Below, piece by piece: positions 39,851 to 52,387 of a stretch of DNA of 64,000 nucleotides. The notes below the pieces were generated by a model. The model ran no database searches and had not been told where the DNA came from. It was given only the letters and a program-made list of their open reading frames with translations. The DNA comes from Eledone cirrhosa. Its lineage: Eukaryota. Positions within the stretch are counted from its first letter, which is position 1. Every line of letters begins with the position of its first letter. The stretch is from contig OZ024741.1 of NCBI GenBank assembly GCA_964016885.1, positions 121,644,001 to 121,708,000 on the forward strand. Reading direction: 5' to 3'. Both the position numbers and the translations under genes were made by a program.

Positions 39851-41294
39851 CATATTTAAAGTTGACCTCGGTAGCATTTTAACTAAGAATCGGATCACAA
39901 GAAAGAACAGCATAGATCTTCATAAAATAGATCTGCATAAAATAGAAGAGGCAGCAAAAATAAGTCAACAACAGTCCTGATGATTTAAACATTGATGAAA
40001 TTATGACCGGAGATGGAACTTTGTTGTTCCGAAATAACTATAGAGAGACACCATATAAGAAAATACGCATATGTGATAATAAAAAAGCGGAAACTCTAAA
40101 ATAGTCGCCTTTAACAACATCATTGTGATAAAAGAGTGTACTTCATATATGTATGTTATATATATAAACACACACACACTCGCACCCCACCACACATACA
40201 CACACACACATAACTTTGATAGGTTTTAGCTAGTATTGGCCCAGGTCATGTCTAACTTTATAGCACCACCTGGCTAATATATATATATAAATATATATAT
40301 ATAGTATGTATATGTGTGTATTAACATACATATACATGTGTTATATGCATTTTTATGAATATATGTCTGTCTGTATATATGCATGAGTGACGCGTGTCTA
40401 CCAATTGGGTGAGGATGCACACACATGTTTATATATGTATATGTAAGAATTGTGTGTGTACATGTACATGTGTACCCATACAATTTGATTGCAGATAGGC
40501 ATAATTTAACAGCCATAAATGCATGAAAGCTAATCCTATATATTTATATATATATATTAAAAAATTGTATTTAATAACACAAGAGATGTATAACATTAAT
40601 AAAAAAAATTATTTATGCTTTGTATGTATATATTATATACGGGAGTAGATATAATGTGTATTTTCTGAGTGTGTATATATATATATATTTATGTGTATTT
40701 TTGCGTGTGTGTACGTGTTATATGATAGGTAATTTCTCTAGCAATATATATATTTCGTAATGTTTAAATTCCAATTTTTAATATATTGATCTCAATTTTT
40801 AAACTAAATATCTAATCATAGTTAAACAATGATTAATTTCTCATATTATATATGTATATTCCATTCATGAATATTAATATTTCTAATTTTATTTATTCAT
40901 TTCATCTCAATTGTTAACTTAACTTAATATGACATGACTTAAGGTTTTCGTTCTCTCCCCCTCTCTCTATCTCTATATTTCTCTCTCTTGATTTTTTTCT
41001 CTCTGTCTGGTGTTTTGATATCTCTCTCTTGTTTTTCTATTTTTCTCTTTTTTCTTTTCTTCTTTTTTTCTTTTTTTCTTTTTTTCTTTTTTTCTTTTTT
41101 TCTTTTTTCTTTTTCTTTCTTTATCTCTCCCTTTCTTTCTCCACTTTTCTCTCTCTCCGTCTTGTTCCTTCTCCTTAACACAACGACTTACTAAGATAAA
41201 CAAATCCACTATCCCTGATGTCTTCCAAAAATAACGGTTGCATTTTGAAAGGGTATGTCAATATTTATTTATAAAACTGGTATATATTGTATTT

Positions 41295-41349
41295 TGTCTG
41301 ATGAAAGCATACCATAATTTAACATGCTATCCTTGAAATATGTATAATA
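41295..41349 (+). ncRNA. Type I hammerhead ribozyme, family H2
   Basis: TGT-CTGATGA-AAG...CTT-GAAA-TATGTA-TA-ATA, followed by AATAAA, a 45-bp tail and (TA)n. Confidence 0.65.
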
Positions 41350-41393
41350 AAATAGATATGGTTTTATAAATATAGTTTCCATTTGTTAATATC

Positions 41394-41448
<55 letters not shown>

Positions 41449-43169
41449 AAAAATAGTCCTTCATCAGTGATTTTCCAACCTTCATTGGTATTTTATCGCT
41501 TTAAAAATCATATACCTCCAGTTGGTGCGAGCAATAGCTAAATAAAGCTATTGGGACAAGTAAATCGCGTAAAGGGAGCGAGACAAGTAAACAAACATAG
41601 AAGGATATCAACGGTAAGATAGGAAAAAACAAGCACATGGGAGTCCGATCAGCTTTAGCTGTGTTGATTTCATGGGCGAGAGACTACAGACCGTCCGACG
41701 TGAGTGAGGTGTGAGCAGGAAAAGACCCCACTACAGGCCAAAGTATAACAATATCGGTTATATATAAGGTGAGTCAGTATCCTGTTACGTTGGAGTTTCG
41801 TCTGTGTTCACATTGTAATTAGATCAGACAGCCATGGCTGACAATATTGTCAGCTTGTATATTGATGTACATATATAAGATTCCTCAGCAGGAACGGGAA
41901 GGTGGACGGTCGTTTTAGTCTTCGTGTATTATGAGTGATAAATAACACTTTTATCACCGCGTTGTCAGGACACTGCGTTTGTGTGGCAGCCTAAAATGTT
42001 TTGCAATGAGGATTGGCAGTATCGGTAGAGGGTCGGACGCCATGCTTTGATGCATAGAGTTACGGCCTTTGCCATTCTCAGTTCAAATCCCGCCGAGGTT
42101 AACTTTGCCTTTCATCCTTACGGGGTCGATAAAATAAAGTACAAGTAATGTACTGAGTAATTGCTGGCCTTGTGCCAAAAGTAGAAACAATTATTATATA
42201 AATTACTTAGACTAACTCTTTTGAATCTACAGAAATCCGAAACAGTAAACATTTTGACACCTAATTTTTATAGATTGGTCAGCTAAATAGCAAGCAACAA
42301 CAGTAACAACAACATCAACAGCAATAGCAGTTGCTTTGAATCGAGTAAATATAGAATTTCCCTTGTTAATAATTATCGGCTAGTAAAATTCTAACTCTCA
42401 TTTAGGTTACATAAGCTCAACACTAACCTTTCTAATTATGCTTGTTGGTTACAATACATATCAATTACGCTTGAATGACAACTTTGCTAATTATATAATA
42501 TAGACTTCGTCTTTTTTTTTTTTTTTTTCCAAAACAGCAATGTAGTTTTCTATGCATTAGATACTGAAACTGACTATCAGTAATCAATATAACTATATAG
42601 CTACATGGCCAGCTGAAAGAATAATGTCTTATCAGGACGAACTGACAAAATAGAAGACTACGTATGATTATGATGAATTATATAAAAAATATACAGTCAC
42701 TTCTCACTTAACGAGAAATAATAATGATTTCTACTATAGGCACAAGGCCAGCAATTTTGGGGAAGGGGAAAAGTCGATTAAATCGACCCCAGTGCATTAC
42801 TGGCACTTTATTTTATAACCCCGTAAGGATGAAAGGCAAAGCTAACCCCGGCGGGATTTGAACTCAGAATATAAAGGGCCATAGCCCTATGCCGCTAAGC
42901 ATGTTGTCCAACGCTAATAATGTCTTTCAAGAAAAACTGACAAAATAGAAGACTACGTTTGATTATGATGAATTATATTAAAAAAAAGTATACAGCCACT
43001 GACAATTACGACCGTAAAATGCTTGTCTACACTTATTTATGTTATGTATGCAGTCTATCGTATGCAGTCTATCATTATACAGCAACATTTCACTTAACGA
43101 GGACCGTGTTTAACAACCACCCACACTTACGACTGTAAATATTTTATGTATATATATTTATGTTATGTA

Positions 43170-43460
43170 GAGTCACTCCAGGTAGAGCCGCTACTTCTCC
43201 GAATTGAGGGATCACAGCTCCGATATTACGGGCATGTGGTTAGAATGTCTCAGGAAAAAATGGCTGGACAGATTTTACGGGCAAAACCAACCGGTACGAA
43301 ACTCAGGGGTAGACCTCGAGCAAGATGGTTGGATAACATCCATGAGCTTGGCTGGTTTCGCTTGGGGATCCAGCCGGATCAGTTGGAGACGGTTGCTTCT
43401 GACTGGACCCACTGGAAGGAGTGTTTGAGGACTCTACCCCCACGACCCTCTCAGGAATAA
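43170..43460 (+). pseudogene. RTE-clade LINE 3' fragment
   Basis: SQLRYYGHVVRM..RGRPRARWLD; same family as 52388-53815. Confidence 0.85.
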
Positions 43461-43614
43461 TTAACTTCCGTGGTTGCTATTAGAAAAGATTATTATTTTC
43501 ATTTTTTATAACGATAATATTTATAAACGACAGGATTGTCCTGCCAAAGAATCTCTTTGTCATCTACGCGAATAAAGGTGTGAAAAATGGTCATTACTTA
43601 AAGGTGAATCAATA

Positions 43615-43653
<39 letters not shown>

Positions 43654-43914
43654 TTTCTTTATTAACCACAAGGGTTTACATAAAGTAGACATTAAGGACA
43701 GTGCAGGACAATGCAGGACGGTACAAATGGGCATTTCTGCGTGTAAAAAAAACAAAAATAGAGGATGTAACAAAAATAACAATGAAAATAACAATGAAAA
43801 ATTCCCCAATAGGGGGGAGACTTCGGAGGGACATTTGTGGAGAAAGCCCAGTAAAAAGCCACAATGACCCTGACCACCAAGGCAAGTGCCCTCTCCCAGT
43901 TTTCCACCTTTAGT

Positions 43915-46900
43915 TTACAGATATATACTCAGAGTCGGCCCATTCACTCGGGCCATTCTTGCTTCTCTCACCCATCTTTCAACAAAATGCTGGGAAGAGA
44001 GCACTTCCTTCTCTACTCTGATTTTCCTTTTCAAATGAAATTTGAAAAAGTCAATCAGAGCATCACCGAAGAGGTAAGTGCTCGTCTTCAGCCCTTTCAA
44101 ACGTGTCCACCATACTATCTCTTTCGCCATGGCCACCAGACAGATAAAAACTGCCTGCCCTTCCCGGCTAAAGGAGGAGGGCGGGGCAATCCTCACGATA
44201 GACTCAGATGATAGCTGGATCCGTCCTAAACGCGACAGCAGGTGTTCGACATAAACCCACAAGTCAGCAATTTTCGGACACTGGACGAGTGCGTGCAGGA
44301 CGGTTTCGTCGCCCTGCGCGCATCTCGGACATGCCCGGCTGACGGCACCTCCATGCCTGTAGAGTTTATCCCGAACTGGCAAGGCTCCTCGGTAGCACTG
44401 CCAGGCCAGAGATTTCTGGAAGTTGTCCATAGGCCCTGGCCCGAAGGTTCTTCCGAAGAGATTGGCTAGTTGATTTTCGTCGACGCCTAGAGTTTCCCCA
44501 AGTACGTCGTCGCTCTTCCCCTCCACTAATCCTCTATAGAACGCCGAGGTGGAGTTTCCACCGATCACATTGCCCGATTGGTCGAGGGCTGTGAGCGCCT
44601 GAAGACATTCCAGTCTCCAGGCGCTCCCTCTCGGTCTTCGCTTGACCCAGGACTGCAGCTCCGTCAAGGAAACGAGCTGGGGAAAAACGCGTCTAGCAAA
44701 CGGCGACCACACCTGATCACCGTCGAGGAAGAGGTGGAGATGTCGTAGCCTGAGCGCGTGCCTGCGCATCATCAGCCACGGCATGCCCAGCCCTCCACGT
44801 AGCGGGTGTTGACAACAGATGGACCGCCTGACCATCGGAGCACGTCCCTTCCACAAAAAGCGAAAGAGCAAACGCTCCAGCGCAGTCAGGCGAGGCTTAG
44901 GACAAGGTACGACGGTTAGGCGGTAGCAGATGACAGACGCGATGTACGCGTTAGCCACCTCCGCTCGACCTTTCAGGGATAGCTTCCTCTCCGCCCATTT
45001 CTGGGTGAGAGAAGCCACCCTGCTCGTCACCTCGTCCCAGTTTTTGTCCGTCTGGAGGTCCGGACCGAACCAGACCCCTAGCAATTTAACCGGTCCGTCC
45101 GTCCAGCGCCCGACGACGCTGTTGGACGGCATGGACCTGCCTCTCCAGGTGCCGAGCTGCAGGCCCACTGACTTTTCCTGGTTGATCATTGCTCCTGTCA
45201 CCGCTTCGTATTCTCTTAGTGTAGTGCCGATCGCCTCGATGTGTTTGGCGTTCGACACCACTACGGTGACATCGTCCGCATATGCTGACACGGATCTTCC
45301 GCATCCTAGTTCGCGCGGGACTCCCCTCAACGTCTCCAGTTTGTGCAGTAATGGCTCGAGAGTCAATACGTACAAGAGGGACGAGAGGGGACATCCTTGG
45401 CGGACCGAGCGCATGATGTTGAACGGTTCCGACAGGTGACCGTTCACTCTCACCACAGAGCAGATGTCGCTGTGCATGGCAGCGATCCAGCCTCTGAAGA
45501 CGGGCCCAAAGCCAGCCGCCCTCAGGACTGCCGCTAGGTAACGATGGTCGACCCTATCGAAAGCTTTCGACTGATCTAAATTGATCAAGGACCCACCCGT
45601 GCCAGGTTCCCTAGCTACCCTCTCTACGATGTATCGCATGAGGTGGAGGTTGTCGTGGATGGATCTGTCGGGAATGGCGCATGTCTGCGCCTCTCCCACC
45701 AGACCACCAACGACAAGCGCCAACCTCTTTGCTAGCACCTTGGCCAAAATCTTAAACTCTGTGTTTAGCAGAGTTATGGGCCGGAAATTGTCTATGTTAT
45801 CCCCCTTGTTCGGATCCTTTCTCAGCAGTGCCACCGCTCCTCGGCTCACAGAACTGGGAATTCTCCCGTTCTGTTGCCAGTTGCAGTAGACGTCCGCCAA
45901 GAGGCCTCCGAACAAGTCTGGCATCTGTACGTAAAGTTCATAGGGCAGACCATCCAAACCAGGCGATTTACCCCTTGTGCAGCCAGTAATTGCCTCCCTT
46001 ACTTCAGCGGCTGTTATCGGCTTTTCGCAACACTTCGCCTCAGTGGCCGAGAGCCGCGGCAGTCCGTCGAGGTAGACACTAAAGTCCATCCCTCTACCCG
46101 GCCCCCCGCTGCCCCCGAACAGCTGAGCGAAGTGTCGCTGAAAAGCTTCACACATTTGCCCGGGATCGAGTAGCATGCGCCCGTCGTGGTCCACCAAAGA
46201 CCGGATCGTGGCTTTGTTGCCACGACGCGCCTCCGCCACTCGGGCCCATTGAACGGCTTTCGTCCCCTCGTGTCTGAGAGCACGCACCCTAGCTCTGACA
46301 ACGCAGCCTTCGTGCTTTGCATTGAAGAATTGGTCAAGGGCCAATTTCGCCGCAAGCACGTCGGTCGCAATGCCTTTGCTAAGCGCCTCGTCTAATTTTC
46401 TAACTAGTTCTCCCTCTGCTCTATTTTTCTCTATTGCTAAAGCCTTACTAAACCTAATCGATTCTATTCTAATCGCTCTTTTCAGAGCAAACCACCACTT
46501 GTTGTTGACGATGGCCCCCGTCAACGCCCGCTTAACTAGTTCGCTAATCCGGTCTCTGTAGGCCTTGCGCGCTGGTAAGGACGCGTTTAGCTTCCAGTAG
46601 CCGGGTCCTCGTCTATGAAGCCTATCTAAGTCAAGCACACAGATCACGAATTTGTGGTCCGTGTAGCTGACTATCTTGAATTGTGGACAGCCTATGCTAG
46701 ACCTATCTATTTCCCTACAAAATACTCTATCTAGATATGATCTGGATGACCCTATGCGGTTTGTCCAAGTCCACATTGGCACATTCGGGAAATCCAATCG
46801 GTACCTGTCAGACAGTTCAAAACGCCTGAGCAGGTTGGTGAGGCTCTTGCACCCTCCACCCCTATCCGCTAATCCCACACAGTCCCAGCGTGCATCTAAG

Positions 46901-47334
46901 ATCCCGTTCCAGTCGCCCACTAACACTAAAGAGCGCGACGTTCCAAGAAAGGTCTCCAGACGCCGGAAGAAATCAGGCCGCCCTGCTCCTGTCGGGGCAT
47001 AGACGGCCACTAGCCTGAAAGCTTGCCCGTCTCCGCTGGTCACGTCCAGCACCACCAGCTTACCCTCTGGGTCCAGGAAGATGGCCCGTATGGCGAGATC
47101 CAAACCTCTCCGAAAAAGCACAGCAACTCCTCCACCCGATCCAGGACGGCTGGGAGATGCGTACACATCGTAGCCGCCGAAGATCGGTGCGAAGGCCCGT
47201 GCTTCGGAGATTCTGGTCTCGCTGATGGCCACTACATCTATGTTTAGTGACCTGAGGTCGTTGAGCAGGTGACCCTGCTTCCATGACGACCCCAAGCCAC
47301 GCGCATTTATGCTGCCTATTCTGAGTGAGGTCAT
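43915..47334 (-). CDS. Tx1 ORF2: APE endonuclease - reverse transcriptase - CCHC (zf-RVT), 1139 aa
   Basis: SINARGL, DVVAISET, VYAP, GDWN, YLDR, TDH; GKSPGLDG, RPITLLN, DQSKAFD, RQGCPLS, YADD; CPRC..ETVLHALVQC. Confidence 0.97.
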   Translation of the reverse strand: MTSLRIGSINARGLGSSWKQGHLLNDLRSLNIDVVAISETRISEARAFAPIFGGYDVYASPSRPGSGGGVAVLFRRGLDLAIRAIFLDPEGKLVVLDVTSGDGQAFRLVAVYAPTGAGRPDFFRRLETFLGTSRSLVLVGDWNGILDARWDCVGLADRGGGCKSLTNLLRRFELSDRYRLDFPNVPMWTWTNRIGSSRSYLDRVFCREIDRSSIGCPQFKIVSYTDHKFVICVLDLDRLHRRGPGYWKLNASLPARKAYRDRISELVKRALTGAIVNNKWWFALKRAIRIESIRFSKALAIEKNRAEGELVRKLDEALSKGIATDVLAAKLALDQFFNAKHEGCVVRARVRALRHEGTKAVQWARVAEARRGNKATIRSLVDHDGRMLLDPGQMCEAFQRHFAQLFGGSGGPGRGMDFSVYLDGLPRLSATEAKCCEKPITAAEVREAITGCTRGKSPGLDGLPYELYVQMPDLFGGLLADVYCNWQQNGRIPSSVSRGAVALLRKDPNKGDNIDNFRPITLLNTEFKILAKVLAKRLALVVGGLVGEAQTCAIPDRSIHDNLHLMRYIVERVAREPGTGGSLINLDQSKAFDRVDHRYLAAVLRAAGFGPVFRGWIAAMHSDICSVVRVNGHLSEPFNIMRSVRQGCPLSSLLYVLTLEPLLHKLETLRGVPRELGCGRSVSAYADDVTVVVSNAKHIEAIGTTLREYEAVTGAMINQEKSVGLQLGTWRGRSMPSNSVVGRWTDGPVKLLGVWFGPDLQTDKNWDEVTSRVASLTQKWAERKLSLKGRAEVANAYIASVICYRLTVVPCPKPRLTALERLLFRFLWKGRAPMVRRSICCQHPLRGGLGMPWLMMRRHALRLRHLHLFLDGDQVWSPFARRVFPQLVSLTELQSWVKRRPRGSAWRLECLQALTALDQSGNVIGGNSTSAFYRGLVEGKSDDVLGETLGVDENQLANLFGRTFGPGPMDNFQKSLAWQCYRGALPVRDKLYRHGGAVSRACPRCAQGDETVLHALVQCPKIADLWVYVEHLLSRLGRIQLSSESIVRIAPPSSFSREGQAVFICLVAMAKEIVWWTRLKGLKTSTYLFGDALIDFFKFHLKRKIRVEKEVLSSQHFVERWVREARMARVNGPTLSIYL

Positions 47335-47369
47335 GTTTAAAATAGAGTGGAAAAGATGGGAAAGACCAC

Positions 47370-49469
47370 TTACCGTATTTTTGGTAGAGGAGGGATGGTT
47401 TTTACATCCCTTTTCACTTGATCGTCTGGTGAAGGGACCGTTGAATCGTCCCTTCGGCTGGTCGTCGGCTCTTCTAAGAGAATGTCTGAATATACTCTTC
47501 GATTAATGGTTCCTCCTAGGTCCCTGAAATCACCAACTGCGTTGGGGAATTTCGTTTTAATGTTTGTGTATTGTTTCTGTGCTATTTTTAGCAGTCTTAT
47601 GTTAGTTGGCGTTTTGATTGGTGCTGGTATTATGTAGTCCTGTTGTGAAATGTCTGTGTGTTCAATTATGTAAGTCATTAGTTTCTTGTTGTGTGTGTTT
47701 ATTGCCGTGCATTTGTTTTTCTGGGGGTGGGGTGTGGTTCTGCTATTTTCTTGTCGTTGTTGCTGGGTGTGTGTGTTTTGTTGTTGTGTTTGCGATGTTG
47801 GTGCTTGTGGTGGTGGTGTTGAAGGTGTTGTTGGTGGTGATGGTGGTGCTAGTGTAGGTAGTGATGGTGTTGGTGGTGTTGCTGCTGTGAGTCTCTTTGC
47901 AGTAGACTTTACCCTTTTTTCATTTCTTTCCTCCCTTTTCAAAGGCGACGATGCGCTGCTTCTGCGTTTGTGCCTTCTTACGACCTTTTGCCATCCCTCT
48001 CCCACCTCACACTCCATGTCTGATTCTGTGAGGTCGGGGAGGGGTACCAGCTCCACTCTTTCACTTGTTGTTGTTGTTGATGTTTGCACTTGGGTCTCTG
48101 TTGCAGCTGCATTTGGTATTGCTGTTGTTGTTGTTAATACTTCCACTGCTGCTGCTGTTTTTGATTTCCGTGGCGTGGGTATGGGTGCCACGGACCTATC
48201 GTTCCTGGTTGCCGCTTGTCCTGTTGCTGGTAGCCGTGGAGCCGGTTTCGGAAGGAGGGGGGTTTTCTCCTTTCTCAGGGTCTTCTCGTTGCAGAAGGCC
48301 CTGAGGTGAGTCTTCGATCCACAGCGAAAGCATTTCGGGCGTTTGCCCTCAACACTTATGGGCAGTTGAGTGCCGTTATCGAAGTCTATCACATCCGGGA
48401 TAGCTTCGATGCACTCCTGGTTGGTTTGGATTAACATCTCAATGGAGGTGCCGACCCAATCTTCTCTTACTTTTTTCTGTACTTGCAGTACAGTTGTTTT
48501 GTCCTCCATTTCGACGAGGACAGACGCGGCCAACCAAGAAGCGGCCATCCCGGGGGGGGGGGGGACGTGGGTCAGTTTGACCCTCACAATTTTTTGCCCG
48601 CAGTAGGAGGGCACCAACACCATTTCCTCGCTCCTTAGGGCCACTACGGATTGAACCTTTGCCTCTTGGGGTGCGGCAAAAAGTACGTCTACGGTGGCAT
48701 ATTTCTTGCCTCGGGTGATGTGCGTTTTCCGCTTCCACACAGACCCCAAGGCTTTTTGTATTTGAGCCTCTGTGGCTCTTTCAACCCTACGGGATTTTGT
48801 ACTTACTGTACGGTACGTGACCGTACAGTGCTGTTGGGTTTCGAAAAATTTTTCCGCTGCCTTGCAGATTGCTCGGTGTCCAGTTTTTGTCACCATCTTC
48901 TTCGCTTCCTCTAATTCCTCATTTGTTATGAGGATTGTTTCCAGGTTCTTCGCGATACCTGCAAACGAGATTGGTTTTTCTTTGCTGCTGTTGTTGTTGT
49001 TGTTGTCAGAGCTGCTGTTACTTTTGTTGTTGCTGCAGGTACTACGACTACTGCCGCCGCCGCTGTTGCTGTGGTTGTTGTTGTTGTTGCTGCTGCTAAT
49101 GCTGTTGTTGTTTATGCTGCTGCTGATGCTGTTGCGGCTGCTACTGTTGTTTTCATTGTCACTGTTGCTGTTGTTATTACGGCTGCTACTGCTATTATTC
49201 CCGACGTCAGACGAATGAAATGGGTTTTCGTATTTCCCGCACACCTGTTTCGTCGTCGTTGTCGTCGTCGTTGTCGTCGTGGAGAAATCTTGCACGCTTT
49301 GCACGAGACTTTTCTTTTCTGTCGTCGCTTGCGAAAGAGAAGGGAGGGAGAGAGACACATTTAAAGAAGGGAGGGAGAGAGACAATCTTCTCTCTGCTGT
49401 AGTGACGATTGAGGAAGAAGAAGACGGAATGAGTGGGAGTGACCTATGAAAATTCTTTTTCGTAGCCAT
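47370..49469 (-). CDS. Tx1 ORF1 (gag-like, CCHC zinc knuckle), about 699 aa from ATG 49469
   Basis: Open frame; CFRCGSKTHLRAFC knuckle; low-complexity S/N/T tracts; first ATG in context AACATGG. Confidence 0.9.
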   Translation of the reverse strand: MATKKNFHRSLPLIPSSSSSIVTTAERRLSLSLPSLNVSLSLPSLSQATTEKKSLVQSVQDFSTTTTTTTTTTKQVCGKYENPFHSSDVGNNSSSSRNNNSNSDNENNSSSRNSISSSINNNSISSSNNNNNHSNSGGGSSRSTCSNNKSNSSSDNNNNNSSKEKPISFAGIAKNLETILITNEELEEAKKMVTKTGHRAICKAAEKFFETQQHCTVTYRTVSTKSRRVERATEAQIQKALGSVWKRKTHITRGKKYATVDVLFAAPQEAKVQSVVALRSEEMVLVPSYCGQKIVRVKLTHVPPPPGMAASWLAASVLVEMEDKTTVLQVQKKVREDWVGTSIEMLIQTNQECIEAIPDVIDFDNGTQLPISVEGKRPKCFRCGSKTHLRAFCNEKTLRKEKTPLLPKPAPRLPATGQAATRNDRSVAPIPTPRKSKTAAAVEVLTTTTAIPNAAATETQVQTSTTTTSERVELVPLPDLTESDMECEVGEGWQKVVRRHKRRSSASSPLKREERNEKRVKSTAKRLTAATPPTPSLPTLAPPSPPTTPSTPPPQAPTSQTQQQNTHTQQQRQENSRTTPHPQKNKCTAINTHNKKLMTYIIEHTDISQQDYIIPAPIKTPTNIRLLKIAQKQYTNIKTKFPNAVGDFRDLGGTINRRVYSDILLEEPTTSRRDDSTVPSPDDQVKRDVKTIPPLPKIR

Positions 49470-50569
49470 GTTGTTTTTTTTGTTTAAAATAAATATTGGG
49501 CACAAAACCCCAATAAGCAGTTATTTAACCCCGAAGGGCCAAATAACGGGCAGAAAGACCCCTCTCACGAGGAGGAGGGTGTTTTTGTCTACAAGTTGGT
49601 TAAAGTTTTAAACAATTTACAATTGTTATAGCGTTCAAAATGTACAATACCTTACAGAGCCGAGCCTCCGTCAACCATAGCATTCAATAATAATAATAAT
49701 AATAATAATAAGAAGAAGAAGAAGAGGTGTACTTTTTGAATTTCTTTTATGTAATTTTCTTATGTTACATATTTTTGTCTGTTTTTTTTTTGTTTCAAAA
49801 TATATTACACAATATAAGAAAAGTTTCTTTACTTCTACTAAGATAAGGTTTCCATTAGAATTTGACAAATTTCTGAATTTCTGAATTACTTAATTTCGAA
49901 ACAATACTGATTCCCCATGTTAACAAATGTACAATGTGATATATTACTGGTTAATTGATTCACGTGGTTTAGTGTTTAAAGTGATTAGCTCATGATTGTT
50001 AGGGCGGCACTCAATCTTTTCAGCCATGTTATCTACCTAAACTCTTCACCAACATATGACAACATCTCTCATATCCAAATATAATTGTTTCTACATTTTT
50101 GCACAAGGCCAACAATTACCCCAGTGTATTACTGGTACTTTATTTTATCGACCCCGTAAGGATGAAAGGCAAGGTTAACCTCGGCAGGATTTGAACTCAG
50201 ACCATAAAGGGCCGTAACTCTTTGCTGCAAAGCATGGCGTCCGACCCTCTACCGATACTGCCAATCCATCCAAATATAATGATTTGGAAATAGAGATAAC
50301 ATACATGTCGATGCTGAAAAGAGAAAACGATCTCTATTATAATTGTGCTCAGGGAATGGTAAAACACGCAGACAGAAATTATATATATACACAACATAGA
50401 AATACCACTACCAAGTACTGCACACATATAAGTACTTTCAATACGATAGGAACAATAGTACAAAAACAATAGTGCATTACCCAAGGTATACAGAGTTGAG
50501 CTCTGTAATGCAGTGATAACACGCAATGAAAGCACGACTAATGATGATGAATAAACTACATCACCCTAA

Positions 50570-51605
50570 AGCAGGCGAAGAATTGGAAGTAGAGGAATGA
50601 TCCAGCTTGAGCTTCCATGTTAAATATCAACCATTTGACTCGAACAATACCTTAAAACTATAGATGACTGGATGTTGAAAATAGTTGATCACGAAAGAAA
50701 GAAGAATTTACTTTCAACCACGAAGAAAAGTAGGTTTGCGGAAGAATTGGAAATATATAAAGAACCTTTTGAAAATGATGGGAATTCTGCACTTAAGATG
50801 TTAGCGAAAATTGAAGGCCAACGGAAACTGTGTTAAATAAGAGCAAAAAAAAAACCCCACTGCACAGGCAGTATGTCTTCCATTGCAAAGAACCTGATGT
50901 AAATCAAACTCTCACCCAAAAGTGGTTGCAGAGTTCTGGGCTAAAAGCAGAGAATAGGGGCTTTATTTTGGCTGCACAAGACCAGTATCTTTTAACGCGC
51001 AACTGTAAAGCCAATGTTACCAGAAATGGAACTGACCTAAAGAGTCGATTTTGCGATGAACATGTTGAGAGGACTGACCACCTGGTTTCAAGCTGCAAAA
51101 TATTAGCTCCTCAGGAGTATAAAACTAAGCATGATAGAGTGGGGAAATATTTACGCTGGGTAATATGCAGGTTTTATGACATAAAGACTAGGAAATGGTA
51201 CAATCATAACCCAGATGCAGTAACAGGAGGCGAGAATGTAACAATCCTAATGTATGTTCTTGTGGACATCGACAGAACGTCGAAGGCCAATAGACCCGAT
51301 ATAATTTTGAAGGACCTCAAAAAGAAAACATGCTTCTTAATGACATGAGCATAACATCAGATCATAAGTCTCTTGGAAAGAGTTCCGAAAGTTCAGTAAA
51401 TACAAAGATCTGTTAATTAAAACTGAGAAAATAAGGCATCTTAAGGGCTTTACAATATTAGTAATAATCGGTGCTCTTAGAATGATAAAAAAGGAACAAA
51501 AACGTATTTGCACCAGGTACCTGGAAAGCTATCTCTGCAAAAGATACAGAAAATAATATTGGCTGGCACTGTCCATGCCCCCGAGAAGGGCATTATCCAT
51601 TTAAA
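50570..51605 (+). pseudogene. R4/Dong-clade C-terminal fragment (CCHC plus RLE)
   Basis: GFILAAQDQ, RFC..ERTDHLVSSC, KHDRV, ANRPDII. Confidence 0.85.
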
Positions 51606-51978
51606 TAGCTTGCAAAGAACATGTATTGTTTTGTTTGTGCACTTGTGGTATCATTTGTATATCAATTGATTTTTAAATGCGCGAATTAACAGATTTTGCC
51701 TCAGGTGTCTAGTTGGCACTCGGCAAGTTATGGAAAAAAGCAGAATTAATTCAAATGTTAACGGCAATCGATGACATAGAAAACATTAGGGTCGATTGGA
51801 GAATTAACCGTATGTATCATATATTGGTTGTCTAACGAAGACAAGCTGATACATGCTCCTCTAATCGATACCAGCAATCTGATAAAAGCAACACCTTCGT
51901 TTGAGCAAAGTAAAATGTAATTATCAATAGTTGTTATAGTGTAGCGACAAATGGCAATACACACACACACACACATAT

Positions 51979-52336
<358 letters not shown>

Positions 52337-52387
52337 ATATTATATATATATTTATATATATTATCTTCTTTCTTCCTTCTTCTTCGT

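Larger units (their letters stand above)
43651..49686 (-). mobile_element. Full-length Tx1-clade LINE (about 6.0 kb) flanked by (AAT)n on both sides
   Basis: Two intact ORFs, short 5' UTR, 3' UTR ending AATAAAGAAATC-(ATT)n; GC content far above the flanks. Confidence 0.93.

Noticed and set aside
44242-49402. Antisense and alternate-frame ORFs within the Tx1 element
   Set aside because: Expected shadow ORFs of GC-rich coding sequence; no motifs.
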